DNA of 57,348 nt, the filler included, from Sphacelaria rigidula (Eukaryota), in assembly GCA_964200075.2 (NCBI GenBank). It is 8 parts of 8 records of this genome, joined end to end, with 100 filler letters (N's around TTAATTAATTAA, not from the genome) between each part and the next. Parts side by side here need not be neighbours in the genome. Positions count along the whole stretch, not along the records: positions 50,268 to 57,348 come from CAXNAA020016590.1; 7 more parts are not named here. One strand, 5' to 3'. Made by a program: the position numbers and the translations under genes. Shown one piece after another: positions 50,706-57,348 of the stretch. The notes under the pieces are model-generated. The model was not told the origin of the DNA. It saw only the letters and a program-made list of their open reading frames with translations, and searched no databases. The stretch's first letter is position 1, and every line of letters begins with the position of its first letter.

Positions 50706-53315
50706 CTTTCTGACACGATGCATGGGCTTGCAGGCAACAATCGCTTTAATCGTACCCTCCAGCTCGTCTATCTCCTTCTTCTTGTCGCTGGAAACTGTGT
50801 TGTCGCCCGGAGCTATTTGTTTCACGAGGGCGTCTACTTCCTCCTTCCGTTCTTTGAAATGCGGCTGAAGCCACGTTTCGCAGCTGCTGTACGACTCGAA
50901 AGCGAGTTTGTTAATCTCCCTGGGGCCCGGGCGGCAGACAGCAGTACAGCACACGCGCCATGAACTACATGTCAATCGGATATATTCACGCAGCGTGTCG
51001 CGAGGGAGTGGCAGCCATCAGCAACCGCCACCGTTCAACAACGGCTACGAACACACTCGGAAAACAATACACCCGCCTGAGCACGTGCTTTCAAATATTG
51101 AGGCGGGGTTTATTGTTTCGGATCGCCCTTGGTAACGTCCACAAGTATTAAAAAAAGCGGAACATGAAGACACCTACACTCTCCGGCTGGTGAGGGGACC
51201 CCGCTGGAGGCGCTTTTTTACGCGATTTGGCTTCACTAGAGCATAAAAAATGAGAGATTTTGGCCCCATGTGACAGAGGCACTATCGCGAGGAAAACGAT
51301 AGAAATTTCGAGGACAATGCCCAAATTTAGTGGTTTCCACTTTTCTACATGAGGGAATGTGGCACAAATTTCAAACTTTGCCACACCCACAAACTCCAGG
51401 ATCTCCAGGATCGTGGGAGACGTTGTCTGTGCATATGAAAGTGCGCGAAACTGTATGTTCCACGACACCCCCTACGTTGGGGACTTTTGAAAAATTGCAA
51501 CCCACCAAGTAGAAAGCCCTACAAAGCCAGCAGTTGAAAGCACAAGGCACGAGGTTACAAGGTGGTGAGTGGCACTCTCGTTCACGGGACTGGACAATCT
51601 CTCGCAAAAAAACAAGAGATGCAACGACACGGCAGCCCTGAAATTAAACCAAGTAGCCAAGAAAAAAAAACAAAGGGGACACGAACCAGCATAGCATGCT
51701 ACAACAGTACGTAGGAGTTCGTGTGGGGTGTGGGGTGTGGGGTGTGCTGTGTCTCCTTTGAGGTGGCCGGAATGGATGGGTTTCCGCTGGTTCTTCAGGC
51801 GTATTGAGGAATCTACGTAGATGTGTATGTACTGGTGTACTGGGGGGGCTGTCTGCCGGTGCATATGCACCGGTAGTACATATGCACTGGCAGTACGTAT
51901 ACTGATTCAGTGCCCAACCCCATGAAAAGTGCTTACTTTTCAGATTCTCCTGAAAAAAAAACTTGACTTTACTCATTCCGGGTGATCCTCGTTCGTAGCG
52001 TGAGCGACGCCACCCATGACCGCCGGAGAGTGCAGATATATTTTTATTTCGAAAACGTTTTAATGCTTATGAAGGTTTCCCAGGTTCGTCCTCAACAAAA
52101 GTCTCATTCTCGTTTCTCGGGGACCGGGGTGAGGGAGGACGCAAGCAAAGACTCACACCATCTCAAAACACACACGTCCACTCTCACAGTGCCACTATAG
52201 GCGAGCCATGTACTCACTTCGTGAGGCGATCGGTCCACTCGTCCGGGGGCACCATTCCCCTGACGCTCAGAATCAGCGTGGCAGATGTTCTGGCGTGTTG
52301 GTCGACGCCCGAGAAACAGTCCGGCGTGGGAGCCTTCTTGCACTCCGGCTTATACCTTGCGAAGTAGAGGGACAAGCGGGGATGAATATCCAAGTATCAA
52401 GGGTTGTCTATCGCCCGATAAATGCTACCGCAGCAGACAGTCAAGGTGTGCACGATGACCGCGCGGTGACGGTACAGTACCGTGGGACGGTGCAGTACCG
52501 TCCATCACAGCTAAAATTCCCCTTGACCATACAACAGTGTATATGCTATGCAGCAAAAATCATTCGCACACTCCGTAGTACACCACCACTGTGCGCTGTA
52601 CCTGTAGTGATGCTTCAAAAGTGGAATATTGTTTTCAGCATTCAAATTGTACCGCGAGCGCAAAGTGTAAAAGCAACAGACAAAGTCACAGCGCAAGTAA
52701 ACATTATGAGCATTATTAAGAATATAACAAAATGTATATTTTTCGAAAAGGAAAATGCGTAACGGCCAAAAGCATAGATGCACCTGCCTGTGCGCAGGGT
52801 ATCAGGCAGGCTGCATTTCGAGCGGCGCCTCACACTATCGTTGAATACCAACGAGATAGGTTCGACGGCAAGGCGAGGTGACACACAAATCACATTGCCA
52901 TATGTCTCCCGCCATACTACAAGTCTTGCCTCGCGAGAAGACGAAGGCACACCCCCTGCTTCTGTGCGCTGAAATCTCCAAACTCTAGGCGGGTGAGGTA
53001 CGAGAGGGTGATGGCGTTCGCGTCCACTTTCTCCGACCTGTCTTCGCACAATTCTCTGAGCACATCGAATGACTCCTGATGCAGGCTTTTGACGGCTATG
53101 GTCCAGTTCCGCACTGTAGTTTTGGGAGGCGCCAGGTGACCCACCTGTAACAATCCACGCGCGTCACATCAGTCAAAGGAGCGAAGAACGGGAAGAAGAG
53201 AGAGAGAGTAGTGTGGGGGAGGGGGGAGGGGGGAGGGGGGAGGGGGGAGGGAGGGGGGGGGGATGGCAGATCGGAGCACGACGAAGATGAACGGAAGACA
53301 GAAGNNNNNNNNNNG

Positions 53316-53370
<55 letters not shown>

Positions 53371-53778
53371 GAGGGGGAGATTTCAGCACGACGATCATTG
53401 CAGCGAAACTGACGGCGTCATAAACTGTATTGACTGTATTCACTCTTGTCCTGTGTTGACTGCACATCGTGGGCAGCCTTGAAGCAACTGCCACGCGGTC
53501 GTATTGCGGGACGTAGTTGCTTACAGCCACTAATTAGGGGGTGGCGTACACTCGTGCAATACCAACGGCGAAGATATGGCCAACGTCTTTGTTGTCAAAA
53601 GGAAAGGCACAACTATTACAGTACATAACTGGCACCTTCTCGTGCATCCTCTGCAAAGCCGCGATAGACACGTCACGCTTCCCAGTCTGATCCATGACAG
53701 CCTTGTGCAGCTCATTCTGAAAATATATTATGTCGTAGATGCTGCGTTCTACGACCATCTCCGTCGCATCATTGAACG
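50706..53778 (-). CDS. Putative spliced gene with a ParB/Spo0J-like HTH pattern (exons 53778-53636, 53144-~52953, 50919-50706; others uncertain)
   Basis: AG/GT-bounded exons; the first two join in phase 0 to give FNDATEMVVERSIYDIIYFQNELHK...DVSIAALQRMHEK|VGHLAPPKTTVRNWTIAVKSLHQESFDVLREL...ITLSYLTRL. The later exon is helical and charged. Family call made by eye only. Confidence 0.45.
53213..53378. repeat. Poly-G/G-rich tract containing a 10-N gap (53305-53314)
   Basis: Seen directly; lengths unreliable. Confidence 0.9.
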
Positions 53779-54212
53779 CTGGGTTGTTTCAGGGGCGTTA
53801 GAAGAGAGCGAGGGCAAGTGCGCAAAGTTAGCGGGCGGGACAGGTGTTACACAGTCCACGGTAGTTCTGTTCAGAAGGCGAACAGCTGACCCATTGAACC
53901 GGTGAGCGCTCACTCATTGCGCTGACCTACCTCAGCAAAACAACCACTCCCCAATTTTCCTGTATGTACCACTGCATACCTATCAGCCACAACAGGAAGG
54001 TCTGAAAACGGCAAATGCATCTCGAACAGCACTGCGATTCACCCGTACCGTCCGAAATAGGAAGCACAAGCACCCATAACGGGCAGTCACTCTACAGTAG
54101 TACAGACAGTGGGACCGTACAGGACCTGCTGTTTGTTGGAACACTAACTGCATTATACTCACAATATTTCTTCCGATAAAATTTTCATGACCTTTGATGG
54201 TCCTGACCGCAA

Positions 54213-54545
54213 CACACGCGGCCATTTGGCTACCTCCAAACTTCCTCCAGGTGGGTACACTTTTCGAGCCTCCAGAGGAATTAAACGCCTCCCGAGGGGT
54301 GCGCGGTCCTCCAGAGGAGATTTTTTGGTTCCCTCCAGAGGGGTTGAACGCCTCCGGAGGCTCATTCTTGCCTCCGGAGGGCAGCGCATACCCCCAAATT
54401 CCTCCGGAGGGATGTGCGGCCCTCCGGGTCGGTAGAGTTTGGTCTCCTCTAGAGAAATGGAAGGCCTCCGGAGGCTTGTTTTCCCTCTGGAGGGCCGCGC
54501 ATCCCTCTGGAGGCATTTTGGGGTGTAGCCAACTGGCCGCGTGTG
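54213..54545. mobile_element. CACTA/EnSpm-like non-autonomous element (333 bp)
   Basis: TIRs CACACGCGGCCA(T/G)TTGGCTAC, AA 2-bp flanks on both sides, interior filled with near-palindromic CCTCCRGAGG repeats. Confidence 0.8.
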
Positions 54546-55019
54546 AAGTGCATGCGGTACACATCCTCAAGACGTGCCGCACGCATGTAGGGAAAGCGCA
54601 AATCACGGTCAACACACATGCAGTACAGCATGTTGTGCCCCCCTGCTTCGACAAGCTTCGGGAATACACATAACACGCGCACGTATATCATTTCCTTTCT
54701 CGGTTACCACAGTACTATGTCCTCAGTTTCTCGCTTACCGCAAATAGAGAATTGGTATGCTGCAAGAAACTGTAAACGAGTTTACCAAACGTCGAGATGC
54801 CTACGCAGCTCTCATCACATCATAGTAAAAAACGCATAGCGTCTTCGAATTTTTGAAAGTTTCGGAGTTTCCCCTAAGCAAGCCATTTTCTCTTTTGTTC
54901 AGGAAGCGAACAGTTTACCCATTCATTGAACCAGTGAGCGCTCACTGGCACACACACACACTCACAGTTGGCGATGACCTTCTCCTGAGCACGGTCCGCA
55001 AACTCACCCCCCGTCTCTG

Positions 55020-57348
55020 CCTGCGCCGCGCGCGCAGCCGTGGCGCCAAGTGGGGATTACGAACAATCAGTCGGCGGAGCAGGTGCCGGTCGAGGACCAA
55101 GATAATTCTGTCTCTGCTGAGTTATATCTGCCCGATCAACGGGCGAGGGGAGTAATTTCGGTCAAAGCGGTGTTGGATTCAGGTGCCCACTTCACGAGCA
55201 TGTCCGTGCTAATTGTGGAGATGTTGGAACGTTTACTCCCCGGTGAGCAAATCCGAATTCCGTTTTCGCTCGGAGCGCGGCAGGCCATCACCGCATCGGG
55301 GCAACGTATAAATGTGACGGAGCGTACCAATCCCCTACAGTTGGCGTTCCTGACTACTTGGGGGCCAGAGGAATTACCCCCAATATCGTTTGCGATCATG
55401 CCGGGGACGGATAGTGTCGTTCTGTTGGGCTTACCGGCGCTTCGGGGACTCGGAGTCGGTCCGTATGATCGATTGTTGGGGTCCCTAAAAGCAAAAATGC
55501 CGGCGCCCGATTCGAGTGTCGAGACGCCTGCGTTTTTGGCTAGTCGCAGAGTGAGCTTGTCGGTTGATGCTCTCCAGGAGGCGGGGGGGCAGGTGTCCGA
55601 GGAGCGTGGTGAGGCGGTGGAACGCTTGGTGGAGCGCGGCCCCGATATGTTTATGGAGCCGGAGGAAGAAGAGGCCGCACGCAAGGCTGCGCCTGAGGAA
55701 AGCGTGACGGATGCGGTGGAAAATGGCCTCGGAGTCTCAAAAGCGGAGCGCTTGCGTGTTATACTGTATCGCCACGTTGACGCGTTTCGTCGTGCGCTGA
55801 GGGGTGATCCCCCTGCGCGCGTGGAACCCATGAGGGTTACACTGAAGCCAGGGGCGGCCGCGGTGAAGGCAAACCCGAGGAGGTATGATCCGGTAAAGTC
55901 CAGTTGGCTAGCTTCTTGCATGGGAGCTCTTGTGGCGTTTGGGTTGGTGTTCAGGAATCTACAGGCGGTGTGGTCCAGTCCAGTGATGGCGGTGCCGAAG
56001 AAGGACTATTTCCGTCTTGTTATCGATTACGGAGCCGTCAATGATCAGGTGGAGAAGTCGCCGGGTGTCATGCCCAATCAGGAATCCGACATGATAGACT
56101 TGCTGAGTGCGCGATGTTTCGGTAAGTTGGATCTTCTACAGGGGTACTGGCAGATGCCGCTGGCCGAAGAGGCGCAAGAGATATTCACAATCACGACTCC
56201 GTTTGGCATGTTTACCCCGCAAAGAGTACCGCAAGGCGTGCTGAATGCTACTTCCTTTTTTCAAGGTGTCATGATGGACCTTTTAGATGGCTTGAAATGC
56301 AAGATTTGGGTGGATGATGTATTTTTCTTCGTGGATACGGAAGACGAACTGTTGGATACGCTTGATGCAATCTTGGCTCGCTTAGAGCGTGTTGGTCTGT
56401 TTGCAGCTGCCCACAAGTGCACCGTTTTTGCTAGTGAACTAGTATGGTGTGGGGAAGTATACTCACACGGCCGCGTCTCGCATGACCCGGTCCGCTTGCA
56501 AGGTTTGTCTGACATGCGGCGTCCAGAAACAGCCGCAGAACTAATGCAATTCCTGCACGCAATGAAGTGGTTGCGTACCTCGTTGCCACGTATGTCTGAA
56601 GTAGTGGCGCCCTTACGCGTTTTTCTAGAAGAACTCATGGTGGGGGCAGCATAGCGCACGAAGCGGGTGGCAATAAATCGTGTTATTCCACCCGCCTCGT
56701 GGACGGAGGACAAGCTGCAAGCATGGGCGGCAGCGAAGGATCTGGCGGCTCACGACGTGACGCCGTTCCATCCCCGCCCCGGTTGCCAGGTGCTGATGTT
56801 TCCGGATGCATCCGAGTGTCATTAGGGTAGTTTTGTAAAGCAGGTGCCTGATGCAGAAATGCAACAATGGTTGCCTGTTGAACACATGACGCATGAACCG
56901 CTGGATTTTCTGAGAGGTAATTTCAAGGGTTCCCAGCTGCGTTGGGCTACCATTGACAAAGAAGGTTTCGCCATCGTGAGCACTTTTCGTCGTCTTGAGA
57001 ATTTATTCTAGAATGGCGTACACATTTTCACGGATCACCGAAATCTAGCGTACATTTTCAACCCGGAGGCATGCGTGACGTCTGCGTCGAAGGGGTTGGC
57101 ACAGCTGTTGGAGGGGTGGAAAGGAGTATTAGGACAGTATCGGCACACGATTCGTCATATTTCGGGTGAGCGTAACGCGTGGGGTGACTTGCTGTCGCGC
57201 TGGGTAAATATTCCCACTTTTCCTGCGCGCGCTGTGGCTGTGTATGGTCCGTGCGAACCTGATGACTCGATGCCGTCCAAATCTGTTGTCCGCCAAGCGC
57301 AACGAAAAGACCTTGGAGCTGAGGATGCGGATGTGCAATCTTTCGAGT
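55020..57348 (+). mobile_element. Ty3/Gypsy pol pseudogene (PR-RT-RNaseH), runs off the window end
   Basis: AVLDSGA, FRLVIDY, KLDLLQGYWQ, RVPQGVLNA, IWVDDV, FPDASE, IDKEGFAIV, FTDHRNL, HISGERNAWGDLLSRW. In-frame TAG stops at ~56652, ~56823 and ~57009. Confidence 0.96.

Noticed and set aside
53096..53530. Poly-proline/poly-glycine ORFs
   Set aside because: Produced by a poly-G tract with an N gap inside a probable intron.
54255..54515. CRISPR-like array of palindromic repeats
   Set aside because: Repeats are only ~10 bp, irregularly spaced and enclosed by TIRs with a TSD; no cas genes; eukaryotic context.

Overview
Eukaryotic, repeat-rich DNA, probably from a brown alga or related stramenopile. 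That is inferred from the short GT-AG exons in repeat-filled introns, a flagellar DM10 gene, a WVDD Gypsy and an HVDD Copia. The window is not one locus: it is eight segments of exactly 7081 bp joined by identical 100-bp spacers (N44-TTAATTAATTAA-N44), so nothing can be linked across spacers. Recognisable content: (1) a spliced EFHC1/RIB72-like DM10-domain gene on the minus strand (~15001-19867); (2) the last three exons of an SMP-30/gluconolactonase (regucalcin-like) gene (41348-42599, minus); (3) a spliced gene with a ParB/Spo0J-like HTH pattern (50706-53778, minus, tentative); (4) two tandem Ty1/Copia internal regions sharing one LTR; (5) a Ty3/Gypsy pol pseudogene; (6) a very large degraded Gag-like ORF region; (7) tRNA-derived SINEs and LINE 3'-end fragments; (8) Mutator-like foldbacks, hAT- and CACTA-like MITEs, and decayed Harbinger, piggyBac and MULE transposase remnants. 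No clearly new system can be demonstrated. The best leads are the ParB-like HTH gene, an inverted duplication of a CXXC-like coding segment, the Gag start codon built from the LTR/PBS junction, and reciprocal SINE/foldback nesting.
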